Shown: one piece after another, positions 26,693-41,227 of the stretch
Layout of the letters: each line of letters opens with the position of its first letter
Position numbering within the stretch: the first letter of the stretch is position 1
NCBI GenBank assembly: GCA_951406725.2
Contig: OX597820.1
Coordinates: forward strand, 12,648,001 to 12,712,000
Length of the DNA stretch: 64,000 nucleotides
Direction: 5' to 3'
Source of the DNA: Octopus vulgaris
Lineage: Eukaryota
Translations under genes and position numbers: made by a program
Notes under the pieces: generated by a model
Databases searched by the model: none
Told to the model about the DNA's origin: nothing
What the model saw: the letters and a program-made list of their open reading frames with translations, nothing else

Positions 26693-28436
26693 AATTAATT
26701 GGACAGGAGCATTGTGGACTTTTGTCTTTTGGTCAAGAACACAATGCATCACTTGGTCGAGGAATCGAAACCACAATCCGGCGATCACAAGTCCAACACC
26801 CTAGCCGCTAAGTAACGCTCCCTCAGTGACTTATATAAGCTGTACATATATTTATTTAAAGCAGTGCTATGTCAATGCTTTTATTTTGCCGCTTGTATTG
26901 TTTTTTACTTTTTCTCGTGTTTTTTAATATTTTAGTCAACTGAAAATGTAGTGGCTATATGACTCTTTACAAAGTAGCTTGCTGGAGGCGGTATTCACTC
27001 GAGATGGGTTGAGCCGGCTCCGACCACTGAATCACGTTTCAGCCGTAATACAACTTCACGTGTAGTCCCTGATCACATGCATACGCACTTTGTGAAAGTG
27101 TGAGCCGTAGCAGCTTATCTTGCCGTCGCTTGTTGACCGTCGCCGGCGATTCGCCGATCACTTTACTGCCAATTATCAAAAGAGACTAAGCTTGGGTTCG
27201 AAGCAGGTTTTAGAAACATGCTTTAACAAAAGCTAAGGGATGCCTCTCTCCCAGTAGTCTTCCAGTATGCCGGATACCAAACGGAAATTTCTGACGGCCC
27301 GTACCATTGATAGCTCCATCCCTTTGTCTTGTCTATAGTATTGTCTATACTCCTACTGGGTTCCTAGTAACCCGCCTCTTCATCAGACAAGCCTGGTGGG
27401 GAAGACAATTTAGTCAACGACAACGCGATAATGCACCAGGTTGTACTTGATTCCATGTTAGAAGTAGCACTCACGAGAGACTTCACAAAACGGGTGTGAA
27501 GGGTAGTTGAAGATATCCTCTAACCCAAAACCTGCACCAATGCTTGTAATAGAGTACTCTGCAAAAAAAATCCCGAGATTCCAGACGGTATTGTGAAACC
27601 AAGTGACGGATTAGTTAATTGCTTAAGAAGCCCTTGTTGCGACATTAAATCAGAATGCAAAGGACCTGGAACAGAGAGCTTAATGCTTCAACGTGCTTAC
27701 ACTTTTGTTAATACATCGCCTTGGATCCTGGACAAGAATTTTTCTTCGAGTTCGAAAGAATGAAAGCAAAACGAAAGAAAAAGCAAAGTTGTAGACGGTG
27801 GGATTTTAAATCGGAACGGAAAGAGTCTCAGAAAAATACGCTCAGCTATAAAGACTAACACAAATTGATTCAAGCGAAACGTTGAACTCATGAATAATTC
27901 AAGTGTTTTGTAAAGAAAGACGAGATGAGAGCACAGAAGGAAATAAAAGAAACGGTGTTGCTTGACTTGTGGTAGATTGTGAAAACCTAAAAAGGTCGTA
28001 AAATTCAGTTTTATTGAATGAATCGCGTTTTTCCAGTGTGTTGATGCGTTGTTTTTATCAGACAGACATCTAAGCACGTCTCTTAACTTTCACACATATG
28101 AACCCAATCGTATAGGTGTATGTATGTATGTGAGATTTCCTGACAGCATATATGTACGTAGTGTGTGTGTGTGTGTATGTGTGTGCGTTCTGTGTGTATG
28201 TGTGTGTGTGTATGTCTGTGTTTATATATACTTCCTATGCATAGGCATAGATATCGTTGCAATACTTTAGTTAATGAATGCGTATCGACAACGAGACGAG
28301 GCCATATATCGAAACAAAATATTATTTGGATGTTGCATGGTCGGCAGGAGACATTGATAAAACTCAGCTGAGGTGATAAAATGTACTTTTAGTGAATAAA
28401 GCTGGTTTCGTTTTTGTTTTTAATATACATGTATAT

Positions 28437-28474
<38 letters not shown>

Positions 28475-28578
28475 ATACACACACACACACACATACACAC
28501 ACACACACACATGTGTGCTTTGAATTGCTTCTTTGATTCAGTTAGAATACGTTTAATCAATTAATATATACATAAGAA

Positions 28579-28967
28579 AGGTGGCGAGCTGGCAGAACCG
28601 TTAGCACGCTGGGCGAAATGCGTGGCCGTATTTCGTCTGCGTTACGTTCTGAGTTCAAATTCCCCCGAGGTCGACTTTGCCTTTCATCCTTTCGGGGTCG
28701 ATTAAACAAGTACCAGTTAAGCACTGGGGTCGATATAATTGACTTAATCCATTGGTCTGTCCCTTTGTGTGTAGCCCCTTGTGGGCAGTAAAGAAATAGG
28801 TATTTCGTCTGCCGTTATGTTCTGAGTTCAAATTCTGCCGAGGTCGACTTTACCTTTTATCGTTTCGGGGTCGATAAATTAAGTATCAGTTGCATACTGG
28901 GGTGGATCTAATCGAATGCCCCACTCCCCCAAAGTTTAGGGCTTTGCACCTAGAGGAGAAAAGAATA
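28579..28967 (+). mobile_element. SINE family 2 dimer
   Basis: Same architecture as 20974-21380. Confidence 0.88.
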
Positions 28968-28982
28968 CACACACACACACAA

Positions 28983-29028
<46 letters not shown>

Positions 29029-29699
29029 GTATGGGGAAGTATTAGTATATTTGCGTGTCTGAGTGTGTGCGCGTGCGCGGCATGTGTTTATATATGTAAG
29101 TTACTTAATACCTCTGTTTGCAAGTACTTGTTATATACGTGCAAATAGAATGTGTTCGTTCTTTAGTTAATGAATGCGCATCACCAATATGATGGAAATA
29201 CAGATCGAGCGAAAGAGCTGCATTATTGGCGGGACATATTGATGATATTCTGACCGTATCAGCAAATGTACTTTTAGAAATCAATCTGATGTTTTACGAT
29301 TGTTTTTTTTTTTATCGTAGACTCTTCATTTACAGTAATATAGCTGTTGCTTTTGCTAAAATCTCATAGCATTGTCGGTTGGAAATTCAATTAAATTTTA
29401 GCAATCTTAATATCAAATATTCAAAGGCTATAATATTCATTACTTACGGATATTTCTGTTACTTCCTCTGTGCAAATTAATTTACTCTCGTAATAAGAAA
29501 AATAAGTATTAATAAATATAGTAAATATAAATATGAATAAATATGATAAATATGATATAATAAATATGAATATAAAATTTGAAGCAAGCTAAAAGACAAA
29601 CATCTCAAAGCATTATGTTGAGTAAAAGGTTTGGCAGTATTTTGGTAACTTATTTGTTATATTCTCTAAGTCACAACAAAAGCAGCGAAGCATTGAATG

Positions 29700-30260
29700 T
29701 AGAGGCCGCAATGTTGCACCATCTGAAGCTGTCTTTCTGTAAGTTCTTTGATTTCTCGCTGATACCGGTTTTTGTCTTTCGAGGTAAAGAATTCCTTCAC
29801 TGAATTTTCTACCTTCCTTTTGGCTGATAAAACATCGCGAGATAAGGAATTAACCTGTGGATTGGGACAGGTAATAATCCAAGGGAGTTAGATCTGGACA
29901 ATATGCTGTGTGTGGAATCAGTTCGATTCCCTTAACTTCCTGGAGTTTAATCCGGATCATTCGAGCGGTATGAGGCCTTGATTTTCTTGCTGCCTGGTAT
30001 TTTTGCTGTAAGTTGGCATACATCCATTCCAGCTGTTTGGAGTACGGATTGGCACCGATAGTTCGACCGTCCAGAACGAACTCGTAGTGAATTGACTCTT
30101 CATAATTCCACCAATCGCAGACCATTGCCTTCTGTTCGAAATACCCGTTCTCTATGTTTGGTAACAGGTTCCGGGAGGCGGTTTTTGCTTAACCACTGCC
30201 TTATGCTCGTTAGGTATGCGGCAAAATTTCTCTCTCGGATGATTATTTGCATTCATTTCA
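29700..30260 (-). pseudogene. Mariner transposase fragment
   Basis: WWNYEESIHYEF...RPHTARM...ELIPHTAYCPDLTPLDYYL (YSPDL-like motif). Confidence 0.8.
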
Positions 30261-30469
30261 GGAGTTTTCTTGACTATCGGAATTCGTTTCGTTGTTGATA
30301 CCATTTTTACTTGGAAAAATGTAGAGATTTAATTTTGGAGGAATCAATATTTGAAATCGAAGGCGTTGAGTGGACAGAATCCTTAACACGCTGGACAAGA
30401 TGGTTTGGAGCATTTCTTTCGACAATTTACGTTCTAAATTCAAATCCCAACAAAAGCATTTATGTATTT

Positions 30470-30702
30470 GTGTGTGTGCATTTATGTCTGTCTTTGCCGC
30501 CCCCAACTACCATATGACAACCGGTGTTGGAGTGTTTACGCCCCCGTAATTCAGAGCTTCTGCAAAAGAAACCGATAGATTAAGTACCAGGCTTAAAAAA
30601 AGAAACGCAAGTACTACAGTCGATTCAACCAACTCAAAATTCTTCAAGGCGGTGCCCAAGCAAATCCGCAATTTAATGGCTGAAACAAATAAGATAAAAG
30701 AT
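30470..30702 (+). mobile_element. SINE family 1, 3' half (degenerate)
   Basis: GACAACCG...AAGGCGGTGCCC...CTGAAACAA tail. Confidence 0.7.
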
Positions 30703-31369
30703 ACAATCTCTCTGACTCTCTAGTGACTTTGTGAAGTCAACATCTTCGTTTCGTGATGAATTTTTATAATTTCAGTTAATTCGCATTTATGTGGAATAAT
30801 ATTTGTGTGAGTATCTGCTTGTGTGTGTGTGTGTGTGCATATATATAATGAATGCGTAAACTAATATCTGTGTGTCAGACTTTGACCCCCTCTCTCACTA
30901 TTCATTGACTCTCCTACTATTGCTCATGCTGGGGTGAGAGTAATAGTAAGCATAGATATTCCATTTTGTATATTTTGAGTTCGTTTCTCCTACTACTGCT
31001 GTACAAATTAACTTCTATGAACGCTGCAGTGGTCAATATCGGACTCAGAATCAAGCGGGTATTTTTGTCGCTAGAGTTACTGTTGTTTAACCCCAGATTC
31101 GTCCTGATCGAGAAAACGTCCTGGCATAAGTTTTCCATTCGAGTCCATCCCACCGTTTAATATCTATCAGTACATTTTCTGCATCATTTTTAAAGAAAAA
31201 AAGTGATAAAATTTGGGGAGATGAAGCTTTGTTTTGAACCGTATCTCTGTTCCTTAAGATCCCATCACTTTGGAGAATTCTTGATTATTGAGATTATCTC
31301 CCTTGTCAAATGATAATATCTCTCTTTTTCTCTGTATATATAAAACCGTTTACACACACATGGACACTG

Positions 31370-31720
31370 AACAAGACATTTGAAAAGAATCTCCAAGGTA
31401 TACACACGAGAATGCTTTGTCCAGTTCTCAATTTTTCTTGACTGCAACACTCTCAAAGCAGCGATTGTAGAGCACTATTCCTATCATTACCTCAGTAATC
31501 AAAAGAAGAACATGCTATGAAACAACCAGCGATCCCCTTCTCTGGAAATACACGCATGAATATACAAGGAACATAACACACCAGAAAGTGTATGCGTCAT
31601 TAAACATTGGATATGAGGCTGAGGATACGAAAATTGCAATAAAAGATGGGGAAATCTGGTGAGGAAGAGTTTCATTAATCCGGGCAAGTCGCACAAACGG
31701 ACAGGAGGGACATATGCACC
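31370..31720 (+). pseudogene. Degenerate RTE-clade LINE C-terminal fragment
   Basis: Remnants resembling YTRML..VLN.SW.QH, IKRR and LLW motifs across frameshifts. Confidence 0.45.
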
Positions 31721-32335
31721 AATTTATTAATTATGTGTCTTTCGACAAATTTCTAGCGTCCAGTTAATTACTCTGCCTATATCTAACTATTTAATTTGCT
31801 CTCCGTTTATTTCTTCTGTTACATTCTAATTCCTCGGTTGTTTCTGCTCGCAATGTTATTTATTTCCCACCATCTTCTCTTACTCTACACCCGCTCTCAT
31901 ATCCCTTAACAACAATTAAAGATTTATCTCCGTTTGAGCATTAAGTAACTGAGATTCATTCAATTAGAAAATGGAGTTGCTAAATTCGACCATTCATAGA
32001 TAAACAAATACGTAATCAGCAACAGTATTCGATATCAATTAACCTGGTCACTAATTGATCTGACATGACGTTGCTTCGAAACAATAAATAACCTGTATTT
32101 CTTTGCAGCCTTACAAAGCTTTTACTTAATAACCCAACTGCGCTCAGCTGATAATAAAGTCACTTTCCAGATGTTGTTTAAATATCGCATGGCAGTTCTC
32201 TAATATGAAGCTACTAATTATAGAATCTTAATGTCAGCATCGTTTACGTGATTGAAATATAATAATAAATCATATAAAGGTGTATTTATAAGGCAATTCG
32301 CGTCTTATGAGTGATTTTCAAGATTGAAATACGTC

Positions 32336-32374
<39 letters not shown>

Positions 32375-32406
32375 TGTATATATATATATGTATGTATATA
32401 TATATA

Positions 32407-32465
<59 letters not shown>

Positions 32466-32567
32466 GTTTATGTATGAGCATGTGCGTATAAATGCACATA
32501 TATGCATCTATATACATATCTTTTTATGCTTATATATACGAATATTCATCGACATAAATACAGAGTA

Positions 32568-32635
<68 letters not shown>

Positions 32636-32868
32636 TGTGAGTGGACAAACGTTAGAAGGGCACTCAACCAGTTTATTGGAAGTTATGTGTATGGAACAAA
32701 ACAGTTTAATTACAATTGGTTGCTAAATTGAATTTCGAGAGTGATCCTATTCGTCAGCCATTTTGAATTTGAATTCAAATTCAAAATAGCTGATGACTAG
32801 CATCACGCTTGGAACTCAAGAGCACCAACGAATTTGAATCAAACTGTTTTGATCCATATATATATATA

Positions 32869-33577
32869 CTAGCATTAAAGACCCGTCGTTGCCGGAGCAT
32901 AGTGCTAGTGCATGTATATATGTGTATATATATTTGTACATATTACATGTACATCTATATATATACATCTACACATAAAATGCAAAATACAAAGATATAT
33001 CTTGATATCGCTAGTGATAACAATACTCAAAATATATGACAGACTGGGATTGTAAGCTCTTCTTTTTTCTCTATACTTGTATACTTTATAGACAATAGTC
33101 TTTTCTTTAATTTAATTTTTTATTATCCATCTGGACTATTCCATTTCAGCACGCTAATTTTATTTTTAATTTAATTCCCATTCATGTGAAACCACTTATT
33201 CAAGCTCAAATCATTGATGCAATTTTATACCAATTGCTATTTTTACCTATATTATACTTTAGTTTGATTTTAATTATTACTTACTACATATAATTCAATT
33301 GTTATTATTATTTTTATTGTTAAAGTGAAAGCATCTGACTTAAAATAGAGAAATAGTTTTGTTTCACTTTTAACACGTAATACTGAAATAGTGGAGAAGA
33401 TATAATATTGGTATGGACTCGCTCTAGGCAAGAAGTTGAACATTTTTTCCGATGACACACCCCGGACCCTAAGTAAGGCATATGTAAAATTTGGATGAAA
33501 TTGGTTGTGTAGTTCTCAAGTTTTAGGGAAACACACAGACAGACAGACACACATTCTCAGTTTTATATATATAAAGA
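32869..33577 (-). mobile_element. Non-autonomous Helitron
   Basis: Minus strand starts A|TC TTTATATATATAAAAC plus (CTGT)n and ends with hairpin CCGGCAACGACGGG then ...GCTAG|T. Inserted at an AT site with no TSD. Confidence 0.8.
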
Positions 33578-34317
33578 TATATATATATATATATATAAAT
33601 ATGCAAGCGTATGAAGTATATGTATATACACATGTATACACAGGTATATATGGCTGTATATGGCTGTAACACTATCTATATGCCTAAATGTGTGCAAGCA
33701 TGTAAGGAGGCCTAAATATTTGTATATATGTTTGTATAACTAATCGTAGAAGTACTCAAAAGAAACGAAGAGCAGCAGCCAATTCTTTCCGTTTCGAATT
33801 GCTCTGATGTGTAACTAGAATGACTATTCCCAAATTACTAAACTTTTTAAAGGGCACTGCTTGCGTGCATATAGGTTGAGAAATGTGTTTCTATACAAAC
33901 ACACCCACACACGCAAAACTTACATATATTTGTTTATATACAAGCAAGCATATGCATGTATATATTGTGTAAATATGTGTGTGTGTGTGTATGTGTGTGA
34001 ATGTGTGTGTGAATGTGTTTGTATATGTGTGCATGTATATAGACATACACATAGGTGCACTTACTATATTAGCCAATTGCTACCTACACCACTCGCACGG
34101 CTAACGCGGGGTCGCTGCCCGCACAAAGATCAACATGGCTGCTACTGTATTGTCACTTTTCTTAACTGTAAGATGGTCCCTTGTGCATAAAGTAGATAAA
34201 TGTTATTAAACATTTCTCTTACCGCACCGAAGACAGCTTTCTCAATCCAGAATACAAAGCAATTAATCGGTTTTCTTAATTAGAATATTAAATATAAATT
34301 CTAACAGACTACTTACT

Positions 34318-34361
<44 letters not shown>

Positions 34362-34596
34362 GCATATCAGATAAAGGTAGTTATGGCCGGTTTTGAAGAG
34401 GAGTTAAAGGCTACCGACCATTAAGGTTTGGCGAAACGTTGTAAAGCTAAGCGCTTTTGGGACGCGCAACCCTGCGTAAACTTAGAAACCGGTCATAACT
34501 ATCTTTATCTAAATACTCTACTGCTCTAAAACTTAGAGTGGGCTTCTCTCTTGGATTTACGATTTACTAACTATATATTTATATATATATATGTAT

Positions 34597-34770
34597 AGGG
34601 GGAGAGTTCACGAAAAGAACAAAAGACGAAGACAGGTGGTGTACAAAACAAACAGATAACGCTCAGGAATTGAAAAAGGCCTTACGTTTCGAGCCTACGC
34701 TCTTCTACAGAAAGGGACACAGAAAAAACAAGGAGAGAAAAAAATGTGTGTAGTGGCTAACGATTTATCA
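34597..34770 (-). mobile_element. Penelope pseudo-LTR-like short element with minimal hammerhead-like motif
   Basis: Homologous to 44020-44182. Motif CTGTAGAA-GAGC-GTAG-GCTC-GAAACGTA. Confidence 0.6.
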
Positions 34771-34826
34771 CGGCGATTGATGCGTTATATATATATATAT
34801 ATATATAACGCGTATAACGCGTGTGA

Positions 34827-34886
<60 letters not shown>

Positions 34887-36889
34887 GTGTGTGTGTGTGT
34901 GTGTGTGTCTGTTGGGGAATGTATACATATATATATATATATAATGTATGTATGCACGAAAGACCTAACAATTCAATCATTAATCATGTACTATCTCCAG
35001 CACCGTATTTCTATTGTCTGCTTCATTATTTTGAATATTTTCAACATCACTATCTTTAACACCGTATTTCAATTTTCTTGTAACAAATTCTATTGCAGAG
35101 TGCAAAATATATGTCTGACGCTTTACTGGAATAATTAATTTTAAGAACAATTTTCAATTTTTTATAAACGCTCTTGTGTTTTCAATAGTTAACATTATAT
35201 GTTTAGCAGCGTACAGCTATTTTTTTCTGAATAACTATTATCACAGTAAAAGTTAAGGAATAAATACCGCAAAGTATTTTGGAATTTTAAACAAACACAT
35301 TTTTGTACGGAATACTGTGCAAGAATATACTTCCAGCAATTATTTTTGCTTTAGTATTCCTATTATCTTCGATCTTTCACTATAGATGAGTAACTTTGCT
35401 AAATTTACTCCGTAGTCAACACTTGTATATGACTGAAGATATTTTACAGAGTTTTTCTGCTACGATTTTGTAGTCTTGTGTTGGTCGATTCGTAGGGAAA
35501 AGTGACGAAAATGATAACGTATTAACAATATGACTATTAACTTTAAGTTTGTCTGTGGTCGTGTATCGCTCATCTGAAGGTTTTCTTTGGTGCCAGTTTC
35601 AATATCACAGCGACAGTATGCATAAAACGTATGAGCTTTTAGCAATAAATCTAAATTCTTTAACTCATTCACGGTGAAATATAGTTTTATCTTCGGCAGG
35701 TTTTAGAGACTTGAATCCGGAACATAAAAATCACGCGTTCTCTGATGAGGATTTGGATAGATTCCATTCCTGTGTGTGCTTCGACTAAGCAACGTAATTT
35801 GTACACCGTAGGAATGCAGCATGTTGCCTGTAGAAGAAAAATATTGTATAGCATGTCATTATGATATAAATAAATAGTTATGAAACTGTAGAAAATTAGG
35901 TTGTCATATAACAACGATAATAAATTACATATACATTTTTTATTCTTTTCTATTTTACAGAAGTTGAATTCACAAGATTGTAATTCAGTTGTAGTTAAAC
36001 AGTGCATGTTTGAAGACAGTAAAACAAGCCTACAATATAATAGTTTCCAGTTTACACTATCAGACAAAGTAATGATTACACATATGTATAATTGAACTTG
36101 TGCATACATATGTTCATGTTTTCCAAGCTTAATTAATTAACTTGTTTTGCAGAAAGTGCTAATATAATTGACCTGTCGTAAAGAGTGAAACACAGATAAC
36201 GTACATGGTTTTAGAAGAAGCTAAATGATTATCTTAATTTATTGCATGATTTGAAACAACCGGTTGAGTTCAGTGTTGCTTTCTCGATGACTCTGGAAGT
36301 GAAAGCCAAATAAAGCTATGACACTGTCAGAGAGACTATATACTCTCGAATCAAACTAAGAGCTAACTGCTAGTTAAAAAGAAAAACAAAACAAAACAGT
36401 AAAGATGGCTGCCATTCCATAATTGCTGAAAATGAAACTCGTGAGTAGAAGTAGTTACAAAAAAATTTCACCTAAGTGGAAATTGTTGTAAAATTGTTTT
36501 TATCCTATTTTGATGGTATTACATAAAAGGCGGACAGCTGGCAGAATCGTTAGTTCATCGGCCAATATTCTTAGTGATATTTCTTCGGATTCTTTTCATT
36601 CCCACTCCATCTTTCGTGGTCAACAGAATAAGTTCCAGTTGATGTGCTCCATTTTCCACTCACCGAAAAATTTCTGGCGTTGTGCAGAAATTAGAAAGAA
36701 TTGTTAAATATAAAGGCAGTAAAACTCTGCAGGTTCTACAAAAGAGGACAAGTTAACTACAGCGCGGAGAGCAGAGTACTCAAAATCCGGAGACCTGGCT
36801 CCATCTTCTTAATTAACTCTCATTATCATTATCCTCTCTCTCATTATCGTCATTCGTATTTATTACCATGGTAGTAGTAGGTTTCATAG

Positions 36890-37265
36890 AAGACGTTTCG
36901 TGGGAATATTGAATTCACAAGCGGTCCCCAACATTCTGCATGCACACCCGAGTGATGGGACGCCCTGTTTGCCGCGGTGTCTCTACAGATGCAGGGACAG
37001 AACGACCTCGAAGCCGTCGGTTGCCGAGCAGACCCCTCTTGGAATTTTTACCAGAGCCCCTTTGGCCAGGCTGCAGCCCTAATACCGCTCGGTGTCAGAC
37101 CAATCCGCCTTGGGTGGCCCTACCAGGAACCGAAGTTCCCGACGGCATATCTCTGACACTGCCCGTTTACACCACCAACCGCTTTGAGGAGGGGTTGGAC
37201 TTCCGGGTAGTATCGTCATCATTTGCCACAAGGGAACTTGAGTCATTCTCTTGCATTTCATCCAA
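36890..37265 (-). mobile_element. Possible 5' region of an RTE-type LINE
   Basis: GC-rich island. Translation ends ...RVCMQNVG, resembling the start of an APE domain (RxxTxNV). Weak. Confidence 0.3.
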
Positions 37266-38153
37266 ATCCTATATTAAATTTCAGAATGGTTTACAGTTAA
37301 TAATATCGAAGTATCTATGGAAACACAACTTTCCAAACTCGAATAAAGATACACGCAGAGATGCAGTAAGACTACAAAAGCCTGCTGCTGGTTACATTTC
37401 AAGTACCCAGGTACCTACTCATGTGACCACAAAAACACTTACTGTACCGGCGATTTGGGACATTTTTCTTATACAGAATGAAGTGTAAAGTGTATTCTTA
37501 CCATGATATACTAATCACTTATCTATCTTGTCTTAACGTGGCTCACATATTCGTTTGTTATTGTTATGTTAGACGTCTGAGTTTGATCTGAAATAATATC
37601 TAAAAAACATTGAGAAATAATAAAATTTGCATGTATATTTATGTACATCGAAACGTATGTATGCATGCATATATAAATATATGTTTATATATGTGTACAG
37701 GAACACACAGACACTGATACATTCATGCAGAGACACAGATACTGGCATAAATATGTATCCATAGATGCAAATATGAATATATATATACATGCATATATGT
37801 ATGTGTTTATGTATGTATACAACCACAGAGAGTGGGAGAAAATGAGAGAGATAGATAAAATAAAGTATGAACAGAGAAATGTATAGTGTATGTTATTATT
37901 TGTCTGCAAGGAAGGATATATACATAAATTGAAAAAAAAAAAACCCTCCAAAACTAAGAAAAACCATAAAGCATCTTTCAAGTAAGGCGATAGCCTCAAA
38001 TTACAGATATGATGTGAACGCTGCAAGGCAATTGACTGCAATACGAGTCGTAAAACGAAAGTAAAATTCAAATAACGAGAGAGATTTGTTGGCAAATGTC
38101 TATATATTAAAAATCTATGGTTCATTCAATTGTCAGTACACACACACACACAC

Positions 38154-38247
<94 letters not shown>

Positions 38248-38310
38248 TGTATGTATTTATGTATGTATGTATGTGTGGTGTGTGTATAATAATAAGTATG
38301 TATATATGTG

Positions 38311-38398
<88 letters not shown>

Positions 38399-38589
38399 TA
38401 TATCATTAATATGTAGGAAGAAAATCATATTTATATTTTAGATGTCACCTTAAAAATCCAACAATTGTTTCAATTGCATTAACATATACATATATAAATA
38501 TATGTGTGTGTGTGTGTATATACATAATATATTTAAAATAATATTAATTAAAATTAATAATAACCCCTTGACAACAATTGACGCAAATA

Positions 38590-38884
38590 TGCGATCACGC
38601 CTTTGCTTGCCTACCCGCGGTTAACGTAAATATAGGATGTAGAGCTGCCCTACATATATCACGGACCTTTTAGCGGCTAAAATACAGGTACAACAGAAAC
38701 AGGAAGAAAGAGTGAGAGAAATTTGTGGTGAAAGAGTACTGCAGGGTTCACCATCCCCCACCTGCCGGAGCCTCGTAGAATTTTAGATGTTTTTGTTCAA
38801 TAAACACAAAGAACGCCCGGTCTGGGAATCGAAACTGCGATCCTACGGCCGCGAGTCCGCCGCCCCAACCACTGGGCCATTACG

Positions 38885-38890
<6 letters not shown>
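38590..38890 (-). mobile_element. SINE family 3, tail type C
   Basis: Head matches 13801-14100; the 3' part differs. Confidence 0.8.
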
Positions 38891-38922
<32 letters not shown>

Positions 38923-39981
38923 ATATATAAATATGTGTAGAACATATCTCGGATATGAAACGCCGTAACAAAAATCAGTATTGGCTATAATTTCCACAGA
39001 ATGTCTGTAGAGATAACCCTGGTAAGTATTATATGCAAATTTCTATAGTATTAAGTATAGTAAATAATATAAAGGGTAGTGATAATACATATTATATTAT
39101 ACTTTCATGCCTATGGTGGCTGAAATCTCATCGGGCGACCAATAATACAACCATTTACTCAATCTCTTGTGACATGTATTGTTTATAATTTCGCTTAGAA
39201 TTTCAGATATTGTATTTCACGCTAGGAAGAGACACAATTTATTACACCTATTGCTGGGTTGGATAAGATAAAGTTTGTAAGGACATATAAATTTCGACAA
39301 AATTTGAACAATATTTAAGATAAGTCGCTAGGCACTCGTTAATTAAGAAAGTTAATGAATATGGAACGCTTATGCGTTATGGAGACATTAAAAAGTGGAT
39401 ACTTATGATATGGAGTAAATAAAATTCACTCCTTTCAACTTAGGAATCATTGTGTGTACTACTAAATACTAGAGTTAGCGACGAGTTAATAGCGCAAATC
39501 ACAGAGTGTCTTGTAGTGAATTAAAAATGAAGAGACAATTCCAGAGACATTCATTGTTCCAAATAAATGTCCATTCAGTTGTTCGGGGAGTATATAACAA
39601 TTTCAATAATTCTCAACAACGAAAATGAGCGAAGAATACTCACCATACATTAGGATAATCAATGGTTTTACTAATGTTTAATGTAAGATTTTTCTGCATC
39701 ATTTAATACCATTTCTGTATCAATCGAACCTATCTCACTTGGTTTTCAGTGCCATATCATACTGCAGTATATACACAATCAAGCTTTATGCATTCTTATA
39801 CGCTGTACTTATTATATAAATATATGCGCAGTTACGTTTATATATGAAACTTTTTGCTTTTGCATATACACTAAAATTCACCATTTTATCTTATAATCCA
39901 CCGCATCCGTATATAAATTTACCAATCTTTACACATTTTACACATATTTACACAATTCGAGACAGAATAAACCAATCTTAA

Positions 39982-40319
39982 TTCTTTATGGCCCACAAGG
40001 GGTTAAACATAGAGGGGACAAACAAGGAAAGACAAAGGAATTAAGTCAATTACATCAACCCCAGTGCGTAACTGGTACTTAATTTATCGACCATCGGCGG
40101 AATTTGAACTCAGACGAAATACCTATTTCTTTACTACCCACAAGGGGCTAAACACAGAGAGGACAAACAAGGACAGATAAATGGATTAAGTGGATCATAT
40201 CGACACCAGTGCGTACCTGGTACTTATTTAATCGACCCCGAAAGGATGAAAGGCAAAGTCGACCTCGGCGGAATTTGAACTCAGAACGTAACGGCAGACG
40301 AAATATCTCTAAGCATTTC
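39982..40319 (-). mobile_element. SINE family 2 dimer (5' truncated)
   Basis: Two tails and an internal restart junction at ~40123. Confidence 0.85.
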
Positions 40320-40324
40320 ATCAA

Positions 40325-40705
40325 TGTTGCACAAATGATATTAGCATCAATTTTAGAATTCATCCAAGACTTGGCCCCTGTGCTATACGCCCACTGCAAA
40401 AGTCGAATTCGGTACACATACCAACATTACGTCACTTTACTTCAACCGGTCCAGCTCTCTTTAATACCATACCAAAATACATCAAAACGGAAATGGATCC
40501 CATAAAATTCAAATGTTCACTGCACAAATCTCTTCAAAAAGTTCCAGACCAACCTCCCACACCCGGATATGTCTCCAACAATAATAACTCTTTGCTAATA
40601 GAGTGGGCTATGGTGCCCTATATATGACTAAAAGACTTCACCAGGTGGTGCTACTAAGTTAGACATGACCTGGGCCTATACTGGCCGAAACCTATAAAAG
40701 TTTTA
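40325..40705 (+). mobile_element. CR1-type LINE 3' end fragment
   Basis: FRIHPRLGPCAIRPL...STGPALFNTIPK...KVPDQPPTPGY...NSLL. Same family and 3' UTR as 48740-49330. Confidence 0.85.
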
Positions 40706-40740
40706 TATATATATAAAAGCAACAAGGATATCCAAATTAG

Positions 40741-40828
40741 TGTAGTACAATCGTTTGATGCTAATTCATTTAATTAAACAATGTAAGTATTACATCAGTT
40801 TTAAAATGTAGAGCATTCTTCAGCCACA
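40741..40828 (-). ncRNA. Hammerhead ribozyme fold with a core mutation (GAAA to CAAA)
   Basis: UGUGG-CUGAAGA-AUGCU[long loop]AGCAU-CAAA-CGAUU-GUA-CUACA, in a TA-flanked insert. Confidence 0.6.
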
Positions 40829-40898
40829 TATAGAATTTTTTAATTAAGTAGACAATGTTCATTTTTATACTTATTCCATTTGCCAACATTACAAAGAG

Positions 40899-40973
<75 letters not shown>

Positions 40974-40976
40974 ATG

Positions 40977-41036
<60 letters not shown>

Positions 41037-41227
41037 TATACTAAGCAATTAATGGTTTAGCAACGAATTGCCTCACCACACACCGAATTTAGAAATAGCA
41101 GTCAAAGAGTTATAGCTATTCTTTCTACTAAAAGGGAGATCTCAGTAAAAACACAGCACTTGAAAGGCAAACACAGACAGGTAAGAGAGAATGAAATGAC
41201 GGCAATCTATCATACAATTTTAAGTCA

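Noticed and set aside
35742-35770. CTGATGA followed by a hairpin
   Set aside because: No GAAA or stem III follows.
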